This document shows, piece after piece, positions 34,163 through 43,626 of a stretch of DNA of 64,000 bases. The position numbers were made by a program, and so were the translations under genes. Within the stretch, counting starts at the first letter, position 1. Each line of letters starts with the position of its first letter. The stretch is from Patescibacteria group bacterium (GTDB lineage Bacteria > Patescibacteriota > Minisyncoccia > Phycocordibacterales > Phycocordibacteraceae), in NCBI GenBank assembly GCA_018969385.1, contig JAGWYL010000002.1:289-64288 (forward strand), written 5' to 3'. Under the pieces are notes generated by a model. That model saw nothing but the letters and a program-made list of their open reading frames with translations, searched no databases and had not been told where the DNA came from.

Positions 34163-36991
34163 ATGCCCACCACTCCCGCATTCGAAGAAGCGTACGCGAA
34201 GCTCAACGCCAAGCAGAAGGAGGCCGTCGATACGGTCGAAGGGCCGGTGATGGTGCTCGCGGGTCCCGGCACGGGGAAGACGAGCATCCTCACGGTCCGC
34301 GTCGCGAACATACTCGCGAAGACGGGCGCGAAGCCGGACGAGCTCCTCGTGCTCACGTTCACCGATTCCGCCGCGCGCACGGTCGCCGCGCGGCTCGCGG
34401 GACTCATCGGCGAAGAGGTCGCGCGCAAGGTGAACGTGTACACGTTCCATAGCTTCGCGAACGAGGTCATCCGCACGCATCCTGAAGCGTTCCCGGAACA
34501 TGTCGACCGGCGCCAGATGAACGAGCTCGAACAGGTGCTCGTGTGGCGCGCCGTGCTCGAGAAGCACGGGGACCCGCTCCTCTCGACGCCGAAGTCGCCG
34601 TTCCACTACCTCAAGGACCTGAAGCAGCTTGAGGACGAGATGACGCGCGAATGCTTCTCGACGGACGCGTACCGCGCGTGGCTCGATGCGGAAGAGGAAC
34701 GCATCAAGGAGGACCCCGCTTCCCGGTACGCGAAAGGCGGGAAGGGCGGTGCCGCGGGAGAACTCAATCCGAAGGGTCGTGAGAGGCTCGCGCGGCTCGC
34801 GAAGGGACGTGCGGCCGCGAAGCTCATCGACGCGTACCGCGCGGAAAAGGACGCGCGCGGGCTCTACGGCTACACCGATGTCCTTCGCGTCGTCGTCGAC
34901 GCCATCGCTTCCGACGAGGCCTTGCGCGCGGAACTGCAGGAACAGTACCAGTACGTGCTCGCCGACGAGCACCAGGATGCGAACGCGCTGCAGCATGCGC
35001 TCGTCGACGCGCTCGCGTTCGACGACCATCCGAACCTCTTCATCGTGGGTGACGAGAAGCAGGCGATATTCGGTTTTCAGGGCGCGGACGTCTCGCACTT
35101 CGGGTCGTTCCTTGAGCGCTATCCGCGCACCGCGCGGATAGCGCTTTCCGAGAATTACCGTTCGTACCAGGAAGTGCTCGACGTGGCCGAAGGGCTCCTC
35201 GCGGAATTGCCGAGCGCAGTCGGCGCGCATGCGCCGCTTACGGCTACGCGCGGCGCGGGCGGCCGCATCCGCCTCCTCGCCGCACCCGACCCGCTCGCCG
35301 AGCGCGACCAGGTGGCGACGCTGGTGGAAGAGGCTATAGCCGAAGGCGTGCCGCCGCACGAGCTTGCGGTCATCACGCTCAAGAATAAGACCGCGGACCT
35401 TTTCGCATTGCACCTACGCGCGCGCGGGATTCCCGTGCTTCGCGCAGGCGATATCGACCTCGACGGGAGGCCCCTCGTACGCACGCTCTTCGCGCTCATG
35501 CGCGCGACGGGCGACCCGACCGACGCGAGCGCGCTTCGCGAAGCGCTCCTTGCGCCGTGGTGGAACGTGCCGCTCGCCGAGCGCGCCCGGTTCTTGCGCA
35601 CCACGAATGACCGGGAACTGGAAACGGTCCTTGAGGAAGCGTTCCCGGCTGTCGCGGGAATCATCGCCGCCTTGCGCGAGGAAGCGCTCGCCGTGCCGCC
35701 CGCGAACTTCTTCTCGCTCCTCCTCGCGCAGTCGGGAGCGCGCGACTACCTGCTTTCGCATGCCGATGCGCTTACTGAAGACGTACCTCTCGTACGGAAA
35801 GTCATGCAGTACGTGGAAGAGCTCGTGCGCCGCGCGCCGAGCGCGACGTTCGCGGAAGTGGTCGCCGAGTTCGAGCAGGCGCGCGAGCATGAGGTCGGCG
35901 CGCTAACCACGTCGCGCACGCGCGCGGAAGGCGCGGTAACGGTCATTACCGCGCACAAGGCGAAGGGCATGGAATTCGCGCGCGTGTTCGTGACCGCGCT
36001 TACGAAGAGCGAGTGGGAAGGGCGGGGGAAAAGCGCGCTCGTGCCGTCGCCCTTCGACGGCAAGCGCGAGCACGACGAGCTCATCCGCCTGTTCTATGTG
36101 GCGACGACGCGCGCGAAAGACGCGCTCGTGCTCTCCTATGCCGCGGAGAACGGCGACGGGAAAGAGCAGCCGCCGTTCTCTCTCATGCCGGCCGGGCTCG
36201 AGACCCTCTCTGTCCCGTCCGATCCGCTTCCGAAGCTCTTCACGGTCGTCGAGCCGACCGCGCTCCTACGCGAACTCACGGAGCGTTACCTCGTGCATGA
36301 CGGCCTTTCGCCCTCGGCGTACAACGAATATCTCGAGAGTCCGCCCGCCTTCTTCGCGAAGCGCGTGCTGCGCCTTTCCGAGCCTGAGACGCGCGCCATC
36401 GCGGCGGGGAATGCGGTGCACGCGGCGCTCGCGCGATTCCTCAAGACGCGGGATGCGGACGAGGCGCACGCCGAACTCGCCCGCGCGTTCCGCCAATCGC
36501 TCCTGCCGCGCGGCGATACGTTCGATGCGCTCGTCCGTCACGGGTCGGCGCTCCTTCGCGCGGCGCTTGCCGACCCGTTCTTCGCAGGGGAGGCGCTCGC
36601 TATCGAGGAAACGTTCAAGGCGAAACGCGTCGTACGCGGCACGGAGGTGGCGCTCAAGGGGAAGATAGACGCGCTCATGCGGACGGATGAAGGCCTCTGC
36701 ATCGTGGATTTCAAGACGTCGAGCTCGATAGAGAAGGAAGAGAAGGAGCGGTTCGCGCGGCAGATAGCCTTCTATGACCTCTTGCTGCGCGCGAACGGAC
36801 ACGAACCGGTCTCCGGGCGCATCGTGCGCCTTTCCGAGGAAGGCATCGAAGAGCACCGCGTGCTGCTCGCGAAGGAGATGCGCACGGAGCTCGAAGCGAC
36901 GCTCGATGCCGTGCTCGAAGAGCTCCTTACGGGCCGGTGGCGCGCGGGCGCTCCTTCCGACTACGACGCGCTCTTTCGCCTCTTGGCGTGA
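34163..36991 (+). CDS. UvrD/PcrA-family helicase with C-terminal PD-(D/E)xK (RecB/Cas4-like) nuclease domain
   Basis: Walker A VLAGPGTGKTS, helicase motifs YQYVLADEHQDANALQ and VTVITAHKAKGMEF; C-terminal GKIDAL...CIVDFKTS...QIAFYDLL nuclease motifs. Confidence 0.85.
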   Translation: MPTTPAFEEAYAKLNAKQKEAVDTVEGPVMVLAGPGTGKTSILTVRVANILAKTGAKPDELLVLTFTDSAARTVAARLAGLIGEEVARKVNVYTFHSFANEVIRTHPEAFPEHVDRRQMNELEQVLVWRAVLEKHGDPLLSTPKSPFHYLKDLKQLEDEMTRECFSTDAYRAWLDAEEERIKEDPASRYAKGGKGGAAGELNPKGRERLARLAKGRAAAKLIDAYRAEKDARGLYGYTDVLRVVVDAIASDEALRAELQEQYQYVLADEHQDANALQHALVDALAFDDHPNLFIVGDEKQAIFGFQGADVSHFGSFLERYPRTARIALSENYRSYQEVLDVAEGLLAELPSAVGAHAPLTATRGAGGRIRLLAAPDPLAERDQVATLVEEAIAEGVPPHELAVITLKNKTADLFALHLRARGIPVLRAGDIDLDGRPLVRTLFALMRATGDPTDASALREALLAPWWNVPLAERARFLRTTNDRELETVLEEAFPAVAGIIAALREEALAVPPANFFSLLLAQSGARDYLLSHADALTEDVPLVRKVMQYVEELVRRAPSATFAEVVAEFEQAREHEVGALTTSRTRAEGAVTVITAHKAKGMEFARVFVTALTKSEWEGRGKSALVPSPFDGKREHDELIRLFYVATTRAKDALVLSYAAENGDGKEQPPFSLMPAGLETLSVPSDPLPKLFTVVEPTALLRELTERYLVHDGLSPSAYNEYLESPPAFFAKRVLRLSEPETRAIAAGNAVHAALARFLKTRDADEAHAELARAFRQSLLPRGDTFDALVRHGSALLRAALADPFFAGEALAIEETFKAKRVVRGTEVALKGKIDALMRTDEGLCIVDFKTSSSIEKEEKERFARQIAFYDLLLRANGHEPVSGRIVRLSEEGIEEHRVLLAKEMRTELEATLDAVLEELLTGRWRAGAPSDYDALFRLLA

Positions 36992-37007
36992 CCACTTTCC
37001 ATGCGCG

Positions 37008-37688
37008 CTATTTCGTCGACTGGATGGCGTTATCGACGAGCGTCTTCAGCTGGTCGAGGGGAAGCGCGCCCGGAATCGCGACGGGCGTATGGCCTTTGAC
37101 GAGGAGGACGCTGAAGGGCGTGCCTTGCGCACCCGCGGAAAGCGCATCCTGCCGCTCGCCGGCCACGAGCGTCGCGGTGTCGCCCTGGCTCATGCAGGCA
37201 TCGAATTGCGAGGAGTCGACGCCGACCTTCGCGAGGAGCGCGGGATACGCGCTCGGGTTCGTGGGCTGTCCGCCGAAGAGAAGGTCGCCGAATTTCCAGA
37301 AGGCGTCGCTGCCGCCGACGCGCGCGACGCACTCGGCGGCTTCGGCGTGCTTCGCCGCATTCGGGTGGAGTTCCGTGAGCGGGAACTCGCGCATCACCCA
37401 CGCCACGTCCCCGTTCGTCCCGTAGGACGCCATGAGTTGGTGCAGGGTGTCATGGAATTGCTTGCAGAACGGGCAGTCAAAATCGGAATACTCGATAATG
37501 ACGACGGGAGCGGCGGGATTCCCGAGGATATGGTCCGCCGAAGTGACCGGAGGTATGAGGCTCAAGTCCGCCGTCGGCGAAACCGTGGAGGGTTCCTGGC
37601 CGGCCTGCATGCGCAGGTGGATGTACACGCCGCCTGCGATGAGTATGCCCGCAACCGCTATCGCGCCCGGAATGATGAAGTCTCGCAT
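37008..37688 (-). CDS. DsbA-like thiol:disulfide oxidoreductase, membrane-anchored
   Basis: N-terminal TM segment; thioredoxin-fold active site DCPFCKQFH. Confidence 0.8.
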   Translation of the reverse strand: MRDFIIPGAIAVAGILIAGGVYIHLRMQAGQEPSTVSPTADLSLIPPVTSADHILGNPAAPVVIIEYSDFDCPFCKQFHDTLHQLMASYGTNGDVAWVMREFPLTELHPNAAKHAEAAECVARVGGSDAFWKFGDLLFGGQPTNPSAYPALLAKVGVDSSQFDACMSQGDTATLVAGERQDALSAGAQGTPFSVLLVKGHTPVAIPGALPLDQLKTLVDNAIQSTK

Positions 37689-37717
37689 AGGATTCCAGTA
37701 TACCGCGCGTTGTACCG

Positions 37718-38296
37718 CTAGAGCGGCAGGGTGTGCGTCAGCGCGGTCTGCCCGCCGCGCTTCTTCCAGGAACCGACCTCGAGCTTGATATCGCGGACTT
37801 CGGAGAGGTCCTTGTAGCGGAGCTTCTTGTTCTCGCGCGCGTAGTCATACAGTTCTTTCGTGATGCGCACGTCCTCGATGCAGTACTCGCGCACCTTGTC
37901 GACGAGCCCTTCCTTCCACCACTCCACGGATTCGAGCCCGCTGCCTTTCTTGCTCTTGCCGAGCGTCGCTTCCGCGAGCGACTGCAAGCGGATGCGCCGG
38001 CCGAGCACCTTCTGTACCTCGACGAGCAGGTCGAGGCTCGGTATCTTCGTCAGGTCGCCCGGATAGTAGCGGTCGAGGAGCGGAATATCGAACGTGTCGG
38101 AATTGAAGCCGACGAGAAGTTCCGCGCGCTCGAGGATGGGCCAGAGCGCGGGAAGCTCTTCCTTCACGTAGGACGTGTACGCGTCGGTTTCGGAATCGTA
38201 GATGGCGACGAGCGCGAGTTCGAGCCGTCCGATGTCCGAACGGGCGAGAGTAGGGAATGTGTTCGCGGTCTCGATGTCAAAAACGATGGTTCGCAT
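37718..38296 (-). CDS. DEDD-family 3'-5' exonuclease (DnaQ/RNase T-like)
   Basis: Exo I FDIETAN, Exo III YCIEDV; RNase H-like fold. Confidence 0.7.
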   Translation of the reverse strand: MRTIVFDIETANTFPTLARSDIGRLELALVAIYDSETDAYTSYVKEELPALWPILERAELLVGFNSDTFDIPLLDRYYPGDLTKIPSLDLLVEVQKVLGRRIRLQSLAEATLGKSKKGSGLESVEWWKEGLVDKVREYCIEDVRITKELYDYARENKKLRYKDLSEVRDIKLEVGSWKKRGGQTALTHTLPL

Positions 38297-38302
38297 GGAA
38301 AT

Positions 38303-38333
38303 AGCTTACAGGTTACAGCTGCGCTGACAGCAG
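38303..38333. repeat. copy of the short AGCTTACAGCTG / GCTGTCAGC motif family
   Basis: agcttacaggttacagctgcgctgacagcag; related to the inverted copies at 6732-6806 and 41106-41138. Confidence 0.35.
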
Positions 38334-38338
38334 ATACG

Positions 38339-39640
38339 TCAGGAAAGAATGCGGGAAGCGACGTCGTCGACCGGAAGGGACTCTTCCGCGCCCGTAAAGA
38401 GCGTTTTCAGCTTGAGCATGCCGCTCTTCGCTTCTTCGCTCCCGACCGCGGCGAAGTACGGGATGCCGCGCTTCACCGCATCCTTGATCTGGTCGCTAAG
38501 CGACTTGTCCGTGAGGTTCACGAAGACGCGGACGCCCTGCTCGCGAAGCGCGCGCGCGAAATCCTGCGCGGCCGTGCGGTCCGCCGTCGGCGTGCCGAGG
38601 TAGAGGTCGGCTTGCGCGCCGGCGAATCCGGGCAGGAGGCCATGCGTCTCCAGGAAGTCGATGAAGGTGACGTCGCCGAACGCGAAGCCGACCGCGGGGA
38701 TGGGGTCTCCGCCGAAGAGCGCGACCAGGCCGTCATAGCGCCCGCCGCCGAAAAGCGCGCGCGGATTCTTGATGTCGGTATCGAACACCTCGAAGATGAC
38801 GCCGGTGTAGTAGTCGAAGCCGCGCACGATGCCCGGGTCGTATACCGCATTGCCGACGCCGCCCGCGGCGAGCGCATCGATGAGGGCGTCGAGCTTCCGC
38901 TTTTCCTCCGCCACCGCCGGCTCGGTCCCGTCCTCGACTATCTTGAGCGGGTCGCCCGGCATGCTTCGCCGCGCTTCCTCGAACGCCTCGGGCGTCATCT
39001 TCGATCGCTTGTCGAGAAGCTGCCAGTACACCCGCAGGCTCTCGTCGTCGAGCCCGGCCGCCTTCGAGGCGGCGGCAAGGAGCTTGCGCGAGTTTATCCG
39101 GATGATGAAATCCGTCTCCTTCGCGCCGAAGGTCTTCAGGATAGCCGATGCGAGCGACACTATCTCGATGTCGGCATCGCCCTCCGGAAGGCCGACGAGG
39201 TCTATGTCCGTCTGGAAGAATTCGCGAAGCCGTCCGCGCTGCGGACGCTCGTAGCGGAAACGGTTGCCGATGTTGTACCACCGGAGCGGGAAGGGAAGCT
39301 CGCGCCGCTTCGCGGACACCATCCGCGCCAAGGTCGGGGTCATCTCAGGGCGGAGCGTGACGCGGCGGTCTCCCCGGTCCGTGAACGTGTAGGTCTGCTC
39401 GTTGATGATTTCCTCGTTTCCCTTGCTCTCATAGAGTTCCGAACGCTCCAAGGGCGAAGCGTTGTACTCCTCGTAGCCGTACGATTCGAGGAGGCCGCGC
39501 ACCTTCTTGAAGACGCCCGCAAGCCGCCGCCAGTCCGCGGGATAGAAGTCGCGCACGCCCTTATACGGTTCGGTAGACGGAGTATCGGCCATCAGGCCGA
39601 TTTTATCATGAGTTCCGCTATGAAAAGAGCGCGTGGCCAT
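38339..39640 (-). CDS. hisS: histidine--tRNA ligase
   Basis: Class II motif 2 FRYERPQRGRLREFFQTDID; C-terminal anticodon-binding domain. Confidence 0.9.
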   Translation of the reverse strand: MATRSFHSGTHDKIGLMADTPSTEPYKGVRDFYPADWRRLAGVFKKVRGLLESYGYEEYNASPLERSELYESKGNEEIINEQTYTFTDRGDRRVTLRPEMTPTLARMVSAKRRELPFPLRWYNIGNRFRYERPQRGRLREFFQTDIDLVGLPEGDADIEIVSLASAILKTFGAKETDFIIRINSRKLLAAASKAAGLDDESLRVYWQLLDKRSKMTPEAFEEARRSMPGDPLKIVEDGTEPAVAEEKRKLDALIDALAAGGVGNAVYDPGIVRGFDYYTGVIFEVFDTDIKNPRALFGGGRYDGLVALFGGDPIPAVGFAFGDVTFIDFLETHGLLPGFAGAQADLYLGTPTADRTAAQDFARALREQGVRVFVNLTDKSLSDQIKDAVKRGIPYFAAVGSEEAKSGMLKLKTLFTGAEESLPVDDVASRILS

Positions 39641-39766
39641 CCTGTGGTACGCCGCCCCGCCTCCGCCGTCGCGGAATCATAGTCGCCTCACCGTGCCGCC
39701 GAACGGAATACTTTGCTGAAGACAGTCTCACGTTCCATTCGGCGCTCTCTGTAAAACCAGGCGAAG

Positions 39767-40351
39767 CTACACCCCGCCGGTCGCGTTCGGATTCAGCTTC
39801 TGCACGCGCGCCACTTCCTGGAGGATGACGTCGCGGAGCGCTTTCGGGTTCGGCACGCCGCGCATATGGAAGCGTTCGATGGTGCCCGCGGTCTGGACGT
39901 GGATGTTCCCGAAATCGATGAGGGTCGCCAGCACGCCGTTCACGTCCGTCGTCACGTCCTGTACGCGGTCAAGCAGGAGCGAGGAAACCTCGCGCCGGAA
40001 GAAGCCGTGCTGGTCGATGTCGACGATGCGCTCGTTCGTGATGAGCCACGCCTTGAGGAAGTAGTTCGTGAAGAGGTTGAACGCGGCAAGCCAGACGAAA
40101 AGCCACCAGGTGCCTACCATGAGCCGCATGAGCGGCGAACCGAAGAGTCCCGCGCGCGCGAAATCGACGAGCGGCGCGTAGAGCGGCGCGCCCGCGGGCG
40201 TGTTCGCCATGAGGAACTTCGCGAGCGGCACGAGCAGGAACGGGAGCGCGGCGAGGATGAGGAACGGGATGAATTGCAGGACGAAGACGAACCAGTGCTT
40301 GCGCACCAGCCGCAGTATCTTCTCTCCCGGCTCAAGTTCGAAGTCTTCCAT
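39767..40351 (-). CDS. bacterial PH-domain (bPH_2/YdbS-like) membrane protein
   Basis: Two N-terminal TM helices followed by a PH-like domain (WLITNERIVDIDQHGFF). Confidence 0.7.
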   Translation of the reverse strand: MEDFELEPGEKILRLVRKHWFVFVLQFIPFLILAALPFLLVPLAKFLMANTPAGAPLYAPLVDFARAGLFGSPLMRLMVGTWWLFVWLAAFNLFTNYFLKAWLITNERIVDIDQHGFFRREVSSLLLDRVQDVTTDVNGVLATLIDFGNIHVQTAGTIERFHMRGVPNPKALRDVILQEVARVQKLNPNATGGV

Positions 40352-40354
40352 GCG

Positions 40355-40597
40355 CTAATGCAGGAGCGCGCCCGCGCCCGCGAGTATGAGCAGGAAGCTC
40401 GAGACGAAGAGGTGGGCGACGATAGCCGGGATGATGACGATGGAATGCCGGCTGTAGCGGAACCAGTGGTAGAAATTTATGAGCGTATAGAGCACCCAGA
40501 GGAACAACACGGCGAGGAGCACGTAGCCGGAAATCACCGCTACGCTCGGAAGCGCGAACGAGAGCGCGGGTCCCGCAAACGGTTGGACGGGCTGCAT
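40355..40597 (-). CDS. small hypothetical membrane protein (2 TM)
   Basis: 80-aa hydrophobic ORF tightly packed between prmC and the bPH gene. Confidence 0.45.
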   Translation of the reverse strand: MQPVQPFAGPALSFALPSVAVISGYVLLAVLFLWVLYTLINFYHWFRYSRHSIVIIPAIVAHLFVSSFLLILAGAGALLH

Positions 40598-40599
40598 GC

Positions 40600-41337
40600 T
40601 TAAAAATATGACACGACCAGGCGCTTGCGGCCATACGGGTCGGTGCGCAACTCGCTTCGTTTCGCTCCGCTCCGACGGGCGAGCGTAAGCGCCTGATCCG
40701 CGTTCGATTCATCGCACTCGAGCCAAAGCTCGCCGCCTTCATTCATGTGCGTCGCAGCGTCCGCGCATATCCGACGGATGAGGTCGAGCCCATCCGTGCC
40801 GGAGAAGAGCGCCCCGTTCGGCTCGTAGTCCGTAACGTTCGCGTCGAGGGTGCGGCCCGCGGGGACGTATGGCGGGTTCGCGGCGATGATGTCGAACCGC
40901 TCGTCCTTAAACGGCGCGAAGAGGTCGCCGATGCCGATGGATGCGCGCGAAGCGTCGAGTCCGTTCTCGCGGATGTTTTTCCGGATGGTGTCCTCGTGCG
41001 CAGGGTCGAGTTCGCCGAAACGGACTTTCGCATGGGGAAGACGCGCGAGCGCGGCGCAGCCGATGGCGCCCGAACCCGCGCACAGGTCGAGAAAAGAAAG
41101 AGGAGTGTCTGTACGCTGTACGCTGTCAGCTGTAAGCTCTTCTGCCCACCATTCCGTTTCGGGGCGGGGGATAAGCGGCCGTGAGTCGAGGTGGATGCGA
41201 AGTCCGAGGAACGGCTGCCACCCGATGACATAGGCAAGCGGCTCGCCGCGGGCGAGCCGCTTGCGATCGGCGTCGAATGCATCGCATTCGACGCCGCCGT
41301 ATTTCTCGTTCACCAGCCACCGCTCGTCCTTCTCCAT
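40600..41337 (-). CDS. prmC: release factor glutamine N5-methyltransferase (HemK/PrmC)
   Basis: LDLCAGSGAIG SAM-binding motif and catalytic NPPY (IIAANPPYV). Confidence 0.85.
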   Translation of the reverse strand: MEKDERWLVNEKYGGVECDAFDADRKRLARGEPLAYVIGWQPFLGLRIHLDSRPLIPRPETEWWAEELTADSVQRTDTPLSFLDLCAGSGAIGCAALARLPHAKVRFGELDPAHEDTIRKNIRENGLDASRASIGIGDLFAPFKDERFDIIAANPPYVPAGRTLDANVTDYEPNGALFSGTDGLDLIRRICADAATHMNEGGELWLECDESNADQALTLARRSGAKRSELRTDPYGRKRLVVSYF

Positions 41338-41547
41338 GCGCGTACGCTACCACGGCGCGCGCGATGCGGATTCTCGACACTCTGTATTTTGCGTGGTATA
41401 ATACACAGGAAAGTACGCCAGGACTCGTTTCAAGGCGTACGGCGAGCGACAGGTGTGCGATTCGGAAGCCTTGTATGGGCTCGCTTCCGCATCGCATGCC
41501 TGGAGCAAGCCGTTCTTGAGACGAGTCCAAGAAAATATGGGTAATGC

Positions 41548-42225
41548 GTGGGGCTCATCCGGAAAAACTGGAGGGTTCCCATGATGCAGACATTCACGAA
41601 TGACAACAAGCCGGACCGCCCGCTTGCATCGAGCAGGCTCGGCAGCCCCGAACGCGCATCCGAGTTCATCGGGCTCCTCTTGCGCGGGTATTCGTATTCG
41701 CAGATAGCGAAGCGTATGCCGGACGTGCTGCCGACTATCGGTACGGTCGCAGCGCTCTGTCGCGACCACAAGGACGAGATAGAGCATGCGAAGAAAGCCT
41801 ATGTCGCGCAGTACGGCATGCCGGCGAAAGAGGGACGGAGCTGCAGCTTCAAAGCGGGAACCGCGCGCTTTGTTACCGACTCGCACTGGTATCTCGGTGA
41901 CGAGACCGACGTGTCGTCGCTCTCACGTGCACCCGAACCGGGTCCGGAACTTCCGCCGAGGGATGCGTTGCCAAAGATGCTCGCCGAACTCATCGACGCC
42001 TGCGGTCCGAATGGCAACGTGTACGAACATGCTGCGCGAGGTCTCAAGGTCCTGAAGGGCGGACGTAATGATATGGACGCGGAAGCGATCAGGCGGTACG
42101 TCGCAACGTCAGGCGGACTTGAACGGCTCCTCGTTGCTCACGGATGTTCGGCTGTACGGGCGGTGGGAATCGGCAAGCACATGCGACAGTTGCTGCATGG
42201 CTCGCCGCCACCGCGCGACCGGTGA
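41548..42225 (+). CDS. hypothetical protein with possible HTH (GYSYSQIAKRM)
   Basis: 225-aa ORF followed by a strong terminator; the true start may be the internal ATG at ~41581. Confidence 0.5.
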   Translation: MGLIRKNWRVPMMQTFTNDNKPDRPLASSRLGSPERASEFIGLLLRGYSYSQIAKRMPDVLPTIGTVAALCRDHKDEIEHAKKAYVAQYGMPAKEGRSCSFKAGTARFVTDSHWYLGDETDVSSLSRAPEPGPELPPRDALPKMLAELIDACGPNGNVYEHAARGLKVLKGGRNDMDAEAIRRYVATSGGLERLLVAHGCSAVRAVGIGKHMRQLLHGSPPPRDR

Positions 42226-42252
42226 CGGACATGCTTGAGAATCGTCTCAATG

Positions 42253-42290
42253 GGCGGCATCACTGGTGATGCCGCCCATCTCTCTTTTTA
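42253..42290 (+). terminator. intrinsic terminator for 41548..42225
   Basis: Perfect 12-bp stem gggcggcatcac / gtgatgccgccc followed by atctctcttttta. Confidence 0.7.
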
Positions 42291-42312
42291 TGCGTGCATG
42301 AGAATGGATACA

Positions 42313-42351
42313 GAGAAACCGCCGCGCCCCGTAGGGGCGCGGCGGTTTCTC
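42313..42351 (-). terminator. 18-bp perfect GC hairpin downstream of the minus-strand RRM gene (convergent terminator)
   Basis: gagaaaccgccgcgcccc-gta-ggggcgcggcggtttctc. Confidence 0.5.
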
Positions 42352-42464
42352 CAAACGGAGCGAGGGATCAGTATCCGCCGCGGCCGTAAGCTTTGCTTGC
42401 AAGCTTTCTAGCTACACTCGCCTCGGATAAGCGCATGGTATGCGCTTATCGCTCGGCTCGCTTG

Positions 42465-42803
42465 CTAGTAGCCGCCGCGGCCGTAGCCGCCGCCGAAACC
42501 TCCGCGATCACCGCCGCCGCTTCGTTCGCGGCGCTCACCCTGCGGGCGAGCGAGCGAGACCGAAAGCGTGCGGCCGTCGAACTCCTTGCCGTCCCAGCGC
42601 TCGATTGCCGCCTGGGCCTCCGCTTCGGAAGACATCTCGACGAAGCCGAAGCCGCGCGAACGGCCCGTCATGCGGTCGCTGATAATGCTCACCGACGTCA
42701 CCGTGCCGGCCTCCTCAAAGGCCTTGCGGATATCATCTTCGGTCGAGCGATAAGGGATGCCGCCCACGTAGAGCTTGGCTCCCGAAACACCTGCATTGTC
42801 CAT
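42465..42803 (-). CDS. RRM-type RNA-binding protein with Gly/Arg-rich tail
   Basis: RNP-2 LYVGGI, RNP-1 RGFGFVEM; C-terminal GGGDRGGFGGGYGRGGY. Confidence 0.85.
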   Translation of the reverse strand: MDNAGVSGAKLYVGGIPYRSTEDDIRKAFEEAGTVTSVSIISDRMTGRSRGFGFVEMSSEAEAQAAIERWDGKEFDGRTLSVSLARPQGERRERSGGGDRGGFGGGYGRGGY

Positions 42804-42982
42804 GCTGTTCTCGATGACTTGAATAACCCTCGCCGATGCCGAACACTACGGGTCTTCTGGGACGCACGGAGTTTCTTCACAACCTGCGAGTAACATAACC
42901 ATACTACCGATTACCGGGTATGACAAGGGCGCTGTGGATTACGCTCGCGCACGTCCGTGCGCGACGAAATGGCAGGGCGGGC

Positions 42983-43066
42983 TCTAGCCGAAGAGGGCGG
43001 GCAGGAGCACCGCAATCATGCCGATGATGAGCAGTACCGTTATGGCTATGGCGACCGCACGTTTCA
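42983..43066 (-). CDS. candidate 27-aa hydrophobic small protein (below the ORF-track size cutoff)
   Basis: MKRAVAIAITVLLIIGMIAVLLPALFG: one TM helix with basic N-terminus, in an otherwise empty intergenic stretch between two minus-strand genes. Confidence 0.2.
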
Positions 43067-43137
43067 TTGCTTCTTGTATAGCACACGTGCGCAGCCGTGG
43101 AAACGGCCGCGCACGAAAGCCGAGCCCGTACGCGCTA

Positions 43138-43626
43138 TTATCCGCCCGCAGCCGGCATCATCGGCGCATTCGCGCCCGCCGGACGTATCTGGATGAGCGT
43201 CGCGGTGATGCTCCCGTCGCTGTTCGTCGTGCCGCTTACTATGACGTCGCTCCCTGCCGAAAGGTCTGAAAGAGAACCCGTGACGCTCTTCGCGACCGTG
43301 GTCGAGGGGCTCATAAGCACGACGTGCGAGTTCCCGTCACGCGTATTTACCGTGATGGAGGTCGCGCTCGCCTGCGCGACGGTGCCGCTCACGAATCCGC
43401 CGCCCGCCTGCGCGCCCGCGCCGCCGCGCGTGAACATGACGCCGCCCGCGCCGCCTTGCGAGAGATTTCTTCCGAACGAAGGGGTCGGCTTCGCGAATGC
43501 GGTCGCTCCCCAATAGCCCGCGCCGAGCCCCACGATGAGGGCGACGACTCCCGTGATGATGCTGTGCTTAGTCATGTGACGTGAAAGATGAGTATGTAGG
43601 TAGTACGCGTCCGCGCGCTTTTTCAT
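43138..43626 (-). CDS. exported/periplasmic Gly/Ser/Thr-rich protein, last gene of the ABC efflux operon
   Basis: ATGA overlap with the FtsX permease stop; signal-anchor-like hydrophobic segment IITGVVALIVGLGAG. Confidence 0.55.
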   Translation of the reverse strand: MKKRADAYYLHTHLSRHMTKHSIITGVVALIVGLGAGYWGATAFAKPTPSFGRNLSQGGAGGVMFTRGGAGAQAGGGFVSGTVAQASATSITVNTRDGNSHVVLMSPSTTVAKSVTGSLSDLSAGSDVIVSGTTNSDGSITATLIQIRPAGANAPMMPAAGG

